DNA of 64,000 bases from positions 320,001-384,000 of the forward strand of contig CAWEMM010000007.1 of NCBI GenBank assembly GCA_963810095.1, read 5' to 3'. A program made the translations under genes and the position numbers. Below, in pieces: positions 12,232-22,625 of this stretch (position 1 is its first letter; every line of letters begins with the position of its first letter). The stretch comes from an uncultured Chloroflexia bacterium (GTDB lineage: Bacteria > Chloroflexota > Anaerolineae > CG2-30-64-16). The notes beneath the pieces are model-generated. The model had not been told where the DNA came from. It ran no database searches and saw only the letters and a program-made list of their open reading frames with translations.

Positions 12232-13170
12232 TTGGCAAAGTTTTACTATGGCGGACAGGCAGTTATCGAGGGCGTGATGATGCGCGGCCGGAAGCAGTTG
12301 GCCGTGGCCGTGCGCGCGCCGAACGGTGAGATTGTCGTCCACGAAGAGCCGCTCACCGCGGCCATTTATCGCAAGAAGTGGGGCCAGTGGCCCTTCATCC
12401 GGGGCCTGGCGATGCTGTGGGATGCGCTCGGACTGGGCATGCGCGCCCTGATGTGGTCGGCCGACGTTGCGGTGAAGGAAGAGGGGCAGGAGGACATCAA
12501 GTTCGCCGGCCCGGTGGCCTGGACGACGGTTGCCGTCTCGCTGGTCTTCGCCATCGGCCTGTTCTTCCTGCTGCCTACGGCTGCGGGGAAGTGGCTGGCC
12601 CCCGCCGGCGCGAGCGGGCTCACCGTCAGCATCGTCGAAGGCTGCATCCGGCTGGCCCTCTTCCTGCTCTACCTGTGGGCCATCGGGTTCATGCCAGACA
12701 TCCGCCGCGTTTTTGCCTATCACGGCGCGGAGCACAAGACCATCAACGCTTACGAGGCGGGCGCGCCGATGACCCCCGAGGCGGTGGCCAAGTTCAGCAC
12801 CGCGCACACCCGCTGCGGCACGGGCTTCCTGCTCACGGTGATGGTCATTTCGATCTTCGTCTTCGCACCGTTTCACTTTGACAACCTATTCCTGCGCCTG
12901 GCTTCTCGCATCATCCTGATCCCGGTGGTGGCGGGCATTTCGTATGAGTTCATGCGGTTCAACGCGAACCACCAACAGTGGGCGTGGGTGCGCGCGGTGA
13001 CCGCGCCCGGCCTCAGCTTGCAGCGCCTGACGACCCGCGAGCCCGAGCCCGCGATGCTCGAGTGCGCGATTGCTGCGCTGAAGCCGGTGCTGGCGGCGGA
13101 TGGGATTGTGGTCGAGAGTGCCGCCCCCGCCGCGGCTGTGACTGCGCCTGCGCCGGTAGCAAGCGCCTGA
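12232..13170 (+). CDS. DUF1385 (YqhQ-like) membrane protein
   Basis: [56 protein letters not shown]; TTG start. Confidence 0.93.
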   Translation: MAKFYYGGQAVIEGVMMRGRKQLAVAVRAPNGEIVVHEEPLTAAIYRKKWGQWPFIRGLAMLWDALGLGMRALMWSADVAVKEEGQEDIKFAGPVAWTTVAVSLVFAIGLFFLLPTAAGKWLAPAGASGLTVSIVEGCIRLALFLLYLWAIGFMPDIRRVFAYHGAEHKTINAYEAGAPMTPEAVAKFSTAHTRCGTGFLLTVMVISIFVFAPFHFDNLFLRLASRIILIPVVAGISYEFMRFNANHQQWAWVRAVTAPGLSLQRLTTREPEPAMLECAIAALKPVLAADGIVVESAAPAAAVTAPAPVASA

Positions 13171-13190
13171 GACGTTCTCAAGCAGGGTCA

Positions 13191-13259
13191 CCACAAGGAC
13201 ACGAAGACGCAAAGGACATCCAATCCGGAGTGTCCCTTCGTGTCCATGTGTCTTTGTGG
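13191..13259. repeat. Family A palindromic element
   Basis: ccacaaggacacgaagacgcaaagg ... ccttcgtgtccatgtgtctttgtgg. Confidence 0.75.
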
Positions 13260-13315
13260 CTCGTTCTCGTATCGCCGCACGGATTGCACCTCGTATTGTC
13301 GAAAGGAGAGACTCG

Positions 13316-14251
13316 ATGAGCAAAGTCAGCATTATCGGCGCCGGGTTTGTCGGCAGCACGGTCGCACACTGGGCGATGATCTCGGGCGGCTGTCAGATTG
13401 TCCTGTTGGACGTGGTCGACGGGCTGGCGAAGGGCAAAGTGCTGGATTTGATCCAGTCAGGCCCGATCGCAGGGCATGCCATTGATGCCCTTGGCACGAC
13501 CGACTATGCCGACACGAAGGGCTCTGACATCGTCATCATCACAGCGGGCGTCGCGCGTAAGCCGGGCATGACCCGTGAGGACCTGGTCCACATCAACGCG
13601 GGCATCGTGACTGACGTGGTGCGGAAGGTTGTGGAGCACTCGCCCAACTGCATCATCATCATGATGACGAATCCCCTCGACACCATGACCTACCTCGCAC
13701 ACCAGGTGAGCGGCTTCCCGCGAGAGCGCGTGATCGGCCAGGCGGGTGTGCTGGACGGCGGCCGCATGAAGACCTTCATCGCCCAGGAGACCGGGATCAG
13801 CCCCGAGAACATCCACACGACGGTGTTGGGCGGCCATGGCGACGAGATGGTTCCGCTGGTCCGCTACTCTACCATCGCCGGCATGCCGCTCACCTACTTC
13901 CTGAGCCAGGAGCAGATCGACCATATCGTGGCCCGCACCCGTGACGGTGGGGCCGAGATCGTCCGCTACCTCAAGACCGGCAGCGCGTACTACGCGCCCG
14001 GCGCCTCGGCCTGCAAGATGGCTCAGGCCATCATTCAGAACCAGCACCATATCTATCCGGCGTCCGTGTATCTGCAGGGCGAATACGGCCTGAGCGATAT
14101 CTGTTTCGGCGTGCCCGTCGTCCTGGGACGGAACGGCATCGAGCGGATCATTCAGATTGACCTGAACCCGGACGAGCAGTCCATGATGCACAAGTCCGCC
14201 GACTTGATTCGCAGCACGATGGCGCACCTGCAGCAGTCCGCTGTATCGTAA
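13316..14251 (+). CDS. mdh: Malate dehydrogenase (LDH-like)
   Basis: [24 protein letters not shown] (Arg specificity residue), [35 protein letters not shown]. Confidence 0.95.
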   Translation: MSKVSIIGAGFVGSTVAHWAMISGGCQIVLLDVVDGLAKGKVLDLIQSGPIAGHAIDALGTTDYADTKGSDIVIITAGVARKPGMTREDLVHINAGIVTDVVRKVVEHSPNCIIIMMTNPLDTMTYLAHQVSGFPRERVIGQAGVLDGGRMKTFIAQETGISPENIHTTVLGGHGDEMVPLVRYSTIAGMPLTYFLSQEQIDHIVARTRDGGAEIVRYLKTGSAYYAPGASACKMAQAIIQNQHHIYPASVYLQGEYGLSDICFGVPVVLGRNGIERIIQIDLNPDEQSMMHKSADLIRSTMAHLQQSAVS

Positions 14252-14315
14252 TCGGCGACGCCGCACGTCGGCCTCTGGAATCTCGACGCCGAGCAATGAG
14301 GAGGAGGTAAGTCCG

Positions 14316-16109
14316 GTGGCCTACGAGGTCAAGAACCCGAAACTGAAAGCCTGGGTGGAGGAAGTCTCCGCTCTCTGCCAGCCAGACAGTGTTTACTGGT
14401 GCGACGGCAGCCAGGAAGAGTATGACCGCCTGATGGCAGAGATGGTCGCATCTGGCATGGCCGAGCCGCTCAAGCAGCGCGCCAGCAGTTACCTGTTTCG
14501 GTCCGACCCATCCGACGTCGCACGTGTCGAAGCGCGCACTTATATCAGCACGCCCCTGAGGGACGATGCCGGTCCCACGAACAACTGGGTCGCGCCCGGC
14601 GAGCTCAAGCAGACGATGCTGGGCCTGTATGACGGCTGCATGCGCGGCCGCACCATGTACGTCATCCCCTTCTCCATGGGTCCGATCGGATCGCCCATGG
14701 CGAAAATCGGCGTCGAGGTGACGGACAGCGCGTACGTCGTGTGCAACATGCACATCATGACGCGGGTCGGCGTGAAGGCGTGCGAAGCGTTGGGCGCGGA
14801 CGGGGACTTCATTCCGTGTCTCCACTCCATCGGCGCGCCGCTGGAACCGGGCATGCCCGACAGCAAGTGGCCGTGCGCGCCCATCGAGCAGAAGTTCATC
14901 AGCCATTTCCCCGACGAGAATTTGATCTGGTCGTACGGCTCGGGCTACGGGGGCAACGCGCTGCTGGGCAAGAAATGCCTGGCGCTGCGCATTGCGTCGG
15001 CCATGGCGCGGCGCGAGGGGTGGATGGCCGAGCACATGCTCATCCTCCGCCTGATCAGCCCGGAGGGCAAGCGTTACCACATTGCGGCCGCGTTCCCCTC
15101 GGCCTGCGGCAAGACGAATCTCGCCATGATCCAGCCCACGCTGCCGGGTTGGCGTGCCGAGACGCTGGGTGACGACATCGCCTGGATGAAGATCGGGCCC
15201 GACGGGCGGCTGTACGCCATCAACCCCGAGGCCGGCTTCTTCGGCGTTGCGCCCGGCACCTCCTACGCTTCGAACCCCGTGGCGATGGACACAGTGCGCG
15301 ACAATGTCATCTTCACCAACTGCGCGCTGACAGACGAGGGCGACATCTGGTGGGAAGGGATGGGCGTCCCCGCGCCCCGGCATGCCATCGACTGGAAGGG
15401 CCGGGACTGGACCCCTGACGTCAAGGAACCGGCCGCGCATCCAAACGCCCGTTTCACGGCCCCGGCTAGCCAGTGCCCGTCGATCAGCCCGGATTGGGAG
15501 AGCCCGCAGGGCGTGCCAATCGACATCTTCCTGTTCGGCGGCCGCCGGGCCGGCGTCGTGCCGCTGGTCACCGAAGCCTTCAACTGGGATCACGGGGTGT
15601 TCCTCGGCGCAACTGCGTCGTCCGAGACGACGGCCGCAAATATCGGGGCGGTGGGCAACCTGCGCCGCGATCCCTTTGCCATGCAGCCTTTCTGCGGCTA
15701 CAACATGGCCGACTACTTTGGGCACTGGCTGGAAATGGGCGACCGGCTCGGCGACAAGGCGCCGCGCGTCTTCTACGTGAACTGGTTCCGCAAGTCGCCG
15801 GAGGGCAAGTGGCTGTGGCCGGGCTACGGCGAGAACGGTCGCGTGCTGAAGTGGATGTGCGACCGGATCGAAGGCAAGGTACAGGCGCGGGAGACGCCCA
15901 TCGGGCTGCTGCCGTGCGACGGCGATCTCGACACCGGCAGCCTGGAAATCGCGCCTGAGAATCTGCGCGAGGTGATGCGGGTCGATGTGGCCGCCTGGCG
16001 GGCAGAGGTGCCCGACATCGAGCGGCACTTCGGCCAGTTCGGTGAACGACTGCCCGACCGCATGCGGCAGCAGGTGGCCAACCTGGCCGACCGGCTGGCG
16101 CGTGCGTGA
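14316..16109 (+). CDS. pckG: Phosphoenolpyruvate carboxykinase (GTP)
   Basis: [75 protein letters not shown]. Confidence 0.97.
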   Translation: MAYEVKNPKLKAWVEEVSALCQPDSVYWCDGSQEEYDRLMAEMVASGMAEPLKQRASSYLFRSDPSDVARVEARTYISTPLRDDAGPTNNWVAPGELKQTMLGLYDGCMRGRTMYVIPFSMGPIGSPMAKIGVEVTDSAYVVCNMHIMTRVGVKACEALGADGDFIPCLHSIGAPLEPGMPDSKWPCAPIEQKFISHFPDENLIWSYGSGYGGNALLGKKCLALRIASAMARREGWMAEHMLILRLISPEGKRYHIAAAFPSACGKTNLAMIQPTLPGWRAETLGDDIAWMKIGPDGRLYAINPEAGFFGVAPGTSYASNPVAMDTVRDNVIFTNCALTDEGDIWWEGMGVPAPRHAIDWKGRDWTPDVKEPAAHPNARFTAPASQCPSISPDWESPQGVPIDIFLFGGRRAGVVPLVTEAFNWDHGVFLGATASSETTAANIGAVGNLRRDPFAMQPFCGYNMADYFGHWLEMGDRLGDKAPRVFYVNWFRKSPEGKWLWPGYGENGRVLKWMCDRIEGKVQARETPIGLLPCDGDLDTGSLEIAPENLREVMRVDVAAWRAEVPDIERHFGQFGERLPDRMRQQVANLADRLARA

Positions 16110-16120
16110 TTGAGGCGCTG

Positions 16121-16204
16121 ACCACAAAGGCACGAAGACACAAAGCATCTCGAAGACCCTCGCGATCTCCTTGGAGCGCCTTCGTGTCTTTGTGTCTTCG
16201 GGGT
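16121..16204. repeat. Family A palindromic element
   Basis: accacaaaggcacgaagacacaaag ... cttcgtgtctttgtgtcttcggggt. Confidence 0.75.
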
Positions 16205-16207
16205 TAG

Positions 16208-16936
16208 GTGCGAAGGATTCGCTTGGGGCGCAACTATCGGTATTACGATCTGATCATGGCGACGTTCGTCGCGGTGCTGCTCATCAGCAACATCGCGTCG
16301 TCGGCCAAGATCATCGACTGGGGTGTGTCCGTAGCGGGGTTGCCGCTTGCTTTTGATGCAGGCACACTCCTCTTCCCGGTCAGCTACATTTTTGGCGACA
16401 TCCTGACGGAAGTCTACGGCTATGCGGGCAGCCGCCGCGTGATCTGGACGGGCTTCGCCCTGTCCGCTCTGATGGCCGTGACCTTCTGGGTCATCGCGCA
16501 GCTGCCGGGCGAGGCCAACTGGCAGGCGACTGCGGGCCAGCCGGCCTACAACGCGATCCTGGGTGGCGTCAGCTACGGCGGCATCGTCCTCGCCAGCCTT
16601 GCGGCCTATTTCGCCGGGGAGTTCAGCAATTCTTTCATCCTCGCAAAGCTCAAGGTGGCCACCGGTGGGCGCTATTTGTGGGTGCGCACCATCGGTTCCA
16701 CCCTCGTGGGCGAGGCGATTGATAGCATCGTGTTTGTCCTGATTGCAAGCCTGTTTGGCGTCTTCCCATGGGCAGCCGCGGCGAGCATTATCGTTGCGAA
16801 CTACATCTTCAAGGTCACGGTCGAGGTAGCTTTCACGCCCATTACGTACCGGGTGGTCAACTTCCTGAAACGCGCCGAGGGCGTCGACTACTATGACCGG
16901 GACACGAACTTCAACCCCTTCAGGTTAAATGCTTGA
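16208..16936 (+). CDS. yhhQ: Queuosine precursor transporter (QPTR/YhhQ, VUT family)
   Basis: LLISNIASSAK, FPVSYIFGDILTEVYGY, ASLAAYFAGEFSNS, LWVRTIGSTLVGEAIDS, D.DTNFNPF. Confidence 0.92.
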   Translation: MRRIRLGRNYRYYDLIMATFVAVLLISNIASSAKIIDWGVSVAGLPLAFDAGTLLFPVSYIFGDILTEVYGYAGSRRVIWTGFALSALMAVTFWVIAQLPGEANWQATAGQPAYNAILGGVSYGGIVLASLAAYFAGEFSNSFILAKLKVATGGRYLWVRTIGSTLVGEAIDSIVFVLIASLFGVFPWAAAASIIVANYIFKVTVEVAFTPITYRVVNFLKRAEGVDYYDRDTNFNPFRLNA

Positions 16937-18008
16937 GCAGGCGGGCATGACCCAACCAGACGCCGACCGCAGTCCAGAGCCGCAGGGCGAGCTTGATTTG
17001 GGCGAGGAGCGCATTTATCCGGCCGACTATCGCGCCGGATTTGTGGCGGTCGTCGGCCGTCCGAACGTGGGCAAGTCCACGCTCATCAACGCGCTACTGG
17101 GCCAGAAGGTGAGCATCGTTTCGCCCAAGCCCCAAACGACGCGCAACCGGCTGCTGGGCATCCTGACGCGGCCCGACGCGCAGCTTGTGTTCCTCGACAC
17201 GCCCGGCATCCACAACCCGCAGCACAAGCTTGGCGAGGTGCTGGTGGAAACCGCGGCCGCGACCCTGCCCGACGCGGATGCGCTGTTGTGGGTCGTCGAC
17301 CTGAGCGCGCCGCCGAACGACGAGGACCGCAAGGTTGCCGCGATCATCGCAGCCAGTCAGACGCGACTGCCGCTGCTGTTGGGACTTAACAAGATTGACC
17401 GGCTCGACGAGGGCGCTCCCGCCCGGAGTGCGCGCGAAAAAACGCCCAAGTACGAGGGCGAGTACGTGGCACTGGCGCCGGGCGCCGAGCCCCTGCGGCT
17501 GTCAGCCGTCCGCGGCGATGGGCTCGAGACCCTGGCGGCTCGCCTGGCGCAGCTCATGCCCCTCAGCCCGCCGCTCTTCCCCGAGGACCAGGTGACCGAC
17601 CAGCAGGTGCGTTTCATGGCCGGCGAGCTGGTGCGCGAGGCGGTGCTGCATCACCTGCGCGACGAGGTGCCGCACTCGGTGGCCGTCCTTGTCAACGAGT
17701 TCGCGGAGCGCGACAATGGGATGACCTACATTTCTGCCGTCGTGTACGTCGAGCGGCCGACGCAGAAGATGATCGTCCTCGGCAAAGATGGCGCGATGAT
17801 CAAGAAGATCGGCCAGACCGCCCGCCAACAGATCGAGGAATTGCTCGAGAGCCGGGTCTTCCTCGAATTGTGGGTCAAGGTGCGGCCCAAGTGGCGCACG
17901 GACGAAGAAGAGCTGCGCCGGCTGGGATATCAGATGCCGCGGCGCTATGCGCCGAAGCAGAAGGGAGGTCAGAGGCGTCCGCATGGGCGTGCCTCGCGCC
18001 CGCAGTAG
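16929..18008 (+). CDS. era: GTPase Era
   Basis: GRPNVGKSTL, PQTTR, DTPGIH, NKID, ELVREA..EVPHS, KH domain QKMIVLGKDG. Confidence 0.96.
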   Translation: MLEQAGMTQPDADRSPEPQGELDLGEERIYPADYRAGFVAVVGRPNVGKSTLINALLGQKVSIVSPKPQTTRNRLLGILTRPDAQLVFLDTPGIHNPQHKLGEVLVETAAATLPDADALLWVVDLSAPPNDEDRKVAAIIAASQTRLPLLLGLNKIDRLDEGAPARSAREKTPKYEGEYVALAPGAEPLRLSAVRGDGLETLAARLAQLMPLSPPLFPEDQVTDQQVRFMAGELVREAVLHHLRDEVPHSVAVLVNEFAERDNGMTYISAVVYVERPTQKMIVLGKDGAMIKKIGQTARQQIEELLESRVFLELWVKVRPKWRTDEEELRRLGYQMPRRYAPKQKGGQRRPHGRASRPQ

Positions 18009-18055
18009 TCCAGATAGTAGCACCAGTCCCCACCCAACTCGACACGGAGGCTCAA

Positions 18056-18637
18056 ATGGACTTCAATCGAATTATTAACGGCATGATGCGCGCCATTCGT
18101 CTGGACACCTCGTTCTACGAGGAAGTTGAGCACGACCCGAGCTACAATCGGGACGCGCTCGTCGTCGTCATCCTGGTGTCGGTAGTCGGTGCAATCGGGA
18201 ACTTCCTCGGAGCGCTCTTCACGGGCCGCGGCTTCGGGGCCGCAATCGGGGGCATGATTGTCGGTCTCGTCCTGGCGGTGCTCGGCTACTTCCTATGGGT
18301 GTTCGTAGCCCACTTCATCGGCACCAAGATGTTCAAGGGTTCAGGCGATCGAGGGGAAGTGCAGCGCGCTTTCGGCTTCGCGTACTCGCCGCAGATCCTC
18401 AACATTCTGGCTTTCATCCCGTGCATCGGCGGCCTGATCGGCCTGGTTGCCTGGATTTGGTCGATCGTGACGGGCTTTGTCGCGATTCGCCAATCGCTCG
18501 ACCAGGACAACACCAATGCAGCCCTGACCGTCGTCGTCTCTGCAATCGTGGTCTTCGTCATCATCACGATCCTGGGCAGCATCTTCGCGGCGATGGGCTT
18601 CGGCGTTGCCGCGCTTAGCGGTGCATTCAACGGCTAG
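18056..18637 (+). CDS. YIP1 family membrane protein
   Basis: RAIRLD.SFYEEVEHD, RAFGFAYSP, about 5 TM segments; RBS ggagg. Confidence 0.8.
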   Translation: MDFNRIINGMMRAIRLDTSFYEEVEHDPSYNRDALVVVILVSVVGAIGNFLGALFTGRGFGAAIGGMIVGLVLAVLGYFLWVFVAHFIGTKMFKGSGDRGEVQRAFGFAYSPQILNILAFIPCIGGLIGLVAWIWSIVTGFVAIRQSLDQDNTNAALTVVVSAIVVFVIITILGSIFAAMGFGVAALSGAFNG

Positions 18638-18670
18638 TCTGTAATTTGAATTAGCTATACGGAGGTATAC

Positions 18671-19315
18671 ATGCTCGTCGGCGAACGGATGTCCAGCAAT
18701 CCCGTCACCATTCTCGATACGGCAAGCATCGACGATGGTCTGCACCTGATGCGCGAGCGCAAAGTGCGCCGCCTGCCCGTCCTGGATGCGTCTGGCAAGA
18801 TGGTTGGCATCGTGTCGGACAAGGACTTGCTCCATGCGGCGCCGTCTCCTGCAACGTCGCTGAGCGTGTATGAGCTGCACTACCTGTTGGCCAAGCTCTC
18901 GGTCAGGCAGGTCATGTCGAGCCCGGTGATCTCGGTCAGCGCGGACACGCCGGTCGAGGAGGCCGCCCGGGTGATGGCCGACAACAAGATCGGCGGCCTG
19001 CCCGTGGTGGAGGGCGACCGGCTCGTCGGCATCATCACCGAAACCGACGTCTTCAAGATTCTGGTCGAGCTGCTCGGTGCGCGCACCCCCGGCCTGCGCA
19101 TCACGGTCGCCGTGACGGAAGCCAAGGGCGTGCTGGCGAAGCTGAGCCAGACCCTTGCCGAGCTTGGCGCCAACATTATCAGCGTCGTGACGTACGCGGG
19201 GCAGGATGCCTCGAAGCGCCTGATCATGCTCAAACTGAGCGGCGCCGACGCGGCGGCAGTGCGCGCCGCGCTGGCCGGCCTCCACGTGGAAGTGGTCGAC
19301 TTCCGCGGGGAATAA
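18671..19315 (+). CDS. CBS-pair plus ACT domain protein (AcuB-like)
   Basis: [55 protein letters not shown]-terminal ACT (GVLAKL...GANIIS). Confidence 0.9.
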   Translation: MLVGERMSSNPVTILDTASIDDGLHLMRERKVRRLPVLDASGKMVGIVSDKDLLHAAPSPATSLSVYELHYLLAKLSVRQVMSSPVISVSADTPVEEAARVMADNKIGGLPVVEGDRLVGIITETDVFKILVELLGARTPGLRITVAVTEAKGVLAKLSQTLAELGANIISVVTYAGQDASKRLIMLKLSGADAAAVRAALAGLHVEVVDFRGE

Positions 19316-19325
19316 TCAGCAGGGG

Positions 19326-19391
19326 AGAAACCAGGTCTCTACCGCCATCCCGTCACTTCGTAACGTTGGCTGGCGCAGAAACCTGGTTTCT
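19326..19391. repeat. Family C palindromic repeat pair upstream of thyA
   Basis: agaaaccaggtctct (19326-19340) and agaaacctggtttct (19377-19391). Confidence 0.7.
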
Positions 19392-19404
19392 TGAAGAGTT
19401 GACC

Positions 19405-20199
19405 ATGCGCCAGTATTTGGACTTAATGCAGCACATTCTGGATCACGGGGCAGACAAGACCGACCGCACCGGCACCGGCACGCGCTCTGTCTTCGGCTAC
19501 CAGATGCGATTTGACCTTGCGGCGGGCTTTCCGGTGCTCACGACGAAGAAGCTGCACCTCAAGTCCATCATCTACGAGTTGCTGTGGTTCATCAACGGCG
19601 ACACCAACGTGCGGTGGCTGCAGGAACGCGGGGTGACCATCTGGGACGAGTGGGCGGACGCGGACGGCGAGCTGGGGCCGGTGTACGGCAAGCAGTGGCG
19701 CTCGTGGTCGACCGCGGACGGCCGTGTGGTAGACCAGTTGGCCGGGGTGATCGAACAGATCAAGCGCACACCCGACTCGCGGCGGCTAATCGTCAGTGCC
19801 TGGAACGTCGGGGAGATCGAGCGGATGGCGCTGCCACCCTGCCACGTGCTCTTCCAGTTCTACGTGGCGAACGGCCGCCTGTCGTGCCAGTTGTACCAGC
19901 GCTCGGTCGACGTGTTCCTCGGCCTGCCGTTCAACATCGCGTCGTATGCGCTGCTGACGATGATGGTGGCGCAGGTGTGCGACTTGCTTCCGGGCGAGTT
20001 CATGCACACGAGTGGCGACGCACACCTCTACCGTAACCACTTCGACCAGGCCCGCCTCCAGCTCAGCCGTGAGCCTCGGCCGCTGCCGCAGATGCGGATA
20101 AACCCGGCTGTCAAGGACATCGGTGGGTTCGGTTACGAGGACTTCGAGCTCGTGGGGTACGACCCGTATCCGCGGATCAAGGCGGACATCGCGGTATAA
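19405..20199 (+). CDS. thyA: Thymidylate synthase
   Basis: [72 protein letters not shown]. Confidence 0.98.
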   Translation: MRQYLDLMQHILDHGADKTDRTGTGTRSVFGYQMRFDLAAGFPVLTTKKLHLKSIIYELLWFINGDTNVRWLQERGVTIWDEWADADGELGPVYGKQWRSWSTADGRVVDQLAGVIEQIKRTPDSRRLIVSAWNVGEIERMALPPCHVLFQFYVANGRLSCQLYQRSVDVFLGLPFNIASYALLTMMVAQVCDLLPGEFMHTSGDAHLYRNHFDQARLQLSREPRPLPQMRINPAVKDIGGFGYEDFELVGYDPYPRIKADIAV

Positions 20200-20201
20200 G
20201 C

Positions 20202-20238
20202 AAAGAGACCAGGTTTCTGCCAGAAACCTGGTCTCTTT
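20202..20238. terminator. Family C perfect inverted repeat between convergent thyA and ribF-archease; probable bidirectional terminator
   Basis: aaagagaccaggtttctg-c-cagaaacctggtctcttt (18-bp arms). Confidence 0.75.
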
Positions 20239-20245
20239 CTCTAGG

Positions 20246-21599
20246 TTACACGTCGAACGTGACTCGGGCCCGCCACCCTCCGGGCGTTTCCCGCACGTCT
20301 ACGTCGTAGAACGTGACCGCCTTGACTGCGGTGTGCGTGGGCGTGCCGTGGTAGCCGTAAGCCACGCCTCGCACGCCGCGGCTCGAGATTTCGTAGATCT
20401 CAAACCGGGTGTACATCTCCCCGCCCACTTCCTGCCCCAGGAGCAGCCGGTTAAGCCACCCGACGATGAGCTCCTCGAACCCATCCGCCTGCGCGCTGAT
20501 GGCGCGCGCCAGGCTAACCGGCCGGCTCTTGTCCACATCCTGCAACGAGTACATCGCGTCCGCGGCGTTGGCGAACAACTCGGCGGGGCCTGCACCGGCC
20601 ACGTCGACCGCCCAATCTGCCGTGTGCACCAGCTCGCGCCAGCCCGTACCATCTCCGCTTAGGGCGTCCGTTGGAGGCTGCGCCAGCATTGCCTGCGCCT
20701 GCTGCGCGTCCGCGCCGATTTGCGCCACGAGCTCGCCGATGTCCGCGAACTTCTTCTCCCCGCGCAGCCGCGCCATGAAGCTCAGGCCCAGCGTCTCGCC
20801 GTACAGGTCGCCGGCGAAGTCAAGCAGGAAGGCTTCGATGGAGGGATGGCCGTTGTCGAAGCTCGGACGCACGCCGATGTTGACCACGGCGGGATAGCCC
20901 CGGTCGCCGCGCCACGCCCAGCACGCGTAAACACCGTAAGCGGGCAGCAGGCGGTCTTCCGCGATGCGCAAGTTGGCGGTGGGGAACCCTAACTGCCGGC
21001 CGCGCTTCGCGCCCTCCACCACTTCGCCCCAGAGCCGGTAGGGCCGGCCCAGCAGTTCGGCCGCGGCCTCGACCGCGCCGTCCTCGCTCAGCAGGGTGCG
21101 CACGCGGCTGGAGCGGACCGGCTCACCCCGCCAGTCGTAGGGCGGGACCACGCGCAGCGCGAACCCCAGCTCGCGGCCTAGCTCCGCCAGGCGCTCCGTG
21201 TTCCCCTCGCGGCCCGCGGCCGAGCGCAAAATCCGGGCCGACCCATAGCTCGGCCAGCGGCAGGTGGGCCAACAGGTCGACCACGAAGTCTGGTGCGGAG
21301 GTCGCGGCGGTTCGCCGCGTGAACGGCAGGACGACGACGAAATCGAGCCCGAGCGCCGCGAGGAGGTCGGCGCGCTCTTCGTTGGTCGTCAGGCGCGGCA
21401 CCTTGACTTCGGGGCGCAGCACGGCCACCGGGTGCGGCTCGAAGGTCAGGAGGCCGGCCAGCCCGCCGTGCGCATGGGCAGCGGCCGAAAGACCGCAGAT
21501 GAGCATCTGGTGACCGCGGTGCACGCCGTCAAAGTTGCCGATGGTCAGGTAGACCGGGCCGGCGATGGGTGATGACGGAAACGAGTCGAAAACATCCAT
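20246..21599 (-). CDS. ribF: Bifunctional FAD synthetase/riboflavin kinase fused to a C-terminal archease domain; one frameshift near 21215
   Basis: TIGNFDGVHRGHQ, TFEPHP, VGPDFALG, SSRVR, LLGRPY, RGRQLGFPTAN, GVYA, NIGVRPSF, IEAFL, RGEKKF; then in the same frame ELVHTADW...ELIVGWLN...VKAVTF...VTFDV* (archease). Confidence 0.9.
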
Positions 21600-21638
21600 A
21601 GCTGTGGCTCACGCTGCGCAAAGACAAACCGTCGGGCG

Positions 21639-22538
21639 CTACTCTCCGGCGAACACTTTCTCGGGCCACCACTCTTCCCGCTCGGCGTCTGGGCGGAGGA
21701 TGGCGACAACCGCGCCGTCGTGGCTAAGCGCGTAGCCGTCCCGCGTCAGGCTGGCCGGGTGGCCGGCGATCGGTTGGCCGTTGCGTAGTCGCTTCACGTC
21801 ATCCTCGGACACGGGCACGGGCGTGAGTTGAGACAGCGCGGCATTCATCGGGTGCAGGTGCGGGGCCAGTTCGCCGGCGCGGTAAGCGTCCGCGACACTC
21901 TCCGGGCTCGAGCGCGTCGCCGACCAGGAAGCGGCCGCTCCGCGTGCGCCGCAAGCCCGACAGGGCCGCGCCGCATCCCAGCGCCTGGCCGAGGTCGTGT
22001 GCAAGGCTGCGGATGTAGGTGCCCGGCTCGCACGTGACGTCGATTGTCAGGCACGGCTCCGTCCAGTCGACAGCTGGATGCTGTGAATATGAACCGGCCG
22101 GGCCGAGGGCCGGACATCTTCGCCGCGCCGCACCCGCCGGTGCAGTGGCACCCCATCCTGCTTGATCGCAGAATAGGCGGGCGGCGCCTGCATGATGTCG
22201 CCGACGAAGCGGCCCAGCGCCACCCAGATCGCACCCCGGTCGATGTCAGGGCTAAGCGGTCGTGTTTCGACGACTTCGCCCTCCATGTCGTAAGTGTCTG
22301 TGATGGCGCCGAGCTGAACGGCAGCCCGGTAGGTCTTGTCCGAGGCCATCAGGTACTCGCTGACGCGGGTTGCCTGGCCCACGCAGACGAGCAGCACCCC
22401 GGTAGCGAGAGGATCGAGGGTGCCGGCATGGCCGACCCGTTTCACCTTGAGCACCCGGCGAATCCAGGCCACCACGTCATGCGACGTCCAGCCTTGCGGC
22501 TTGTCAATGTTCAGAATGCCGTCCACAGTATTTCCCAT
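21639..22538 (-). CDS. truB: tRNA pseudouridine(55) synthase; multiple frameshifts
   Basis: [64 protein letters not shown]-terminal PEKVF. Confidence 0.95.
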
Positions 22539-22555
22539 CGATGAGAGCCTCGGAG

Positions 22556-22625
22556 AACACAAAGACACCAAGCCACCAAGACGCTGAGGTCTTAGGATGC
22601 CCTTGTGTCTTTGAGTCTTTGTGTT
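22556..22625. repeat. Family A palindromic element overlapping the 3' end of the DHH gene
   Basis: aacacaaagacaccaagccaccaag ... cttgtgtctttgagtctttgtgtt. Confidence 0.75.

Noticed and set aside
14148-16148. Long antisense ORFs (666 aa here; others at 27491-28912, 42029-43540, 58582-60294)
   Set aside because: These are shadow ORFs opposite well-conserved genes in high-GC DNA and contain no recognisable motifs.
16110-16207. preQ1 riboswitch upstream of yhhQ
   Set aside because: The spacer is fully occupied by a family A palindrome, with no preQ1-I stem and A-rich tail.
17410-17462. Repeat-derived insertion in Era (APARSAREKTPKYEG)
   Set aside because: The loop looks slightly long and faintly resembles family A units, but the similarity is too weak to support without an alignment.
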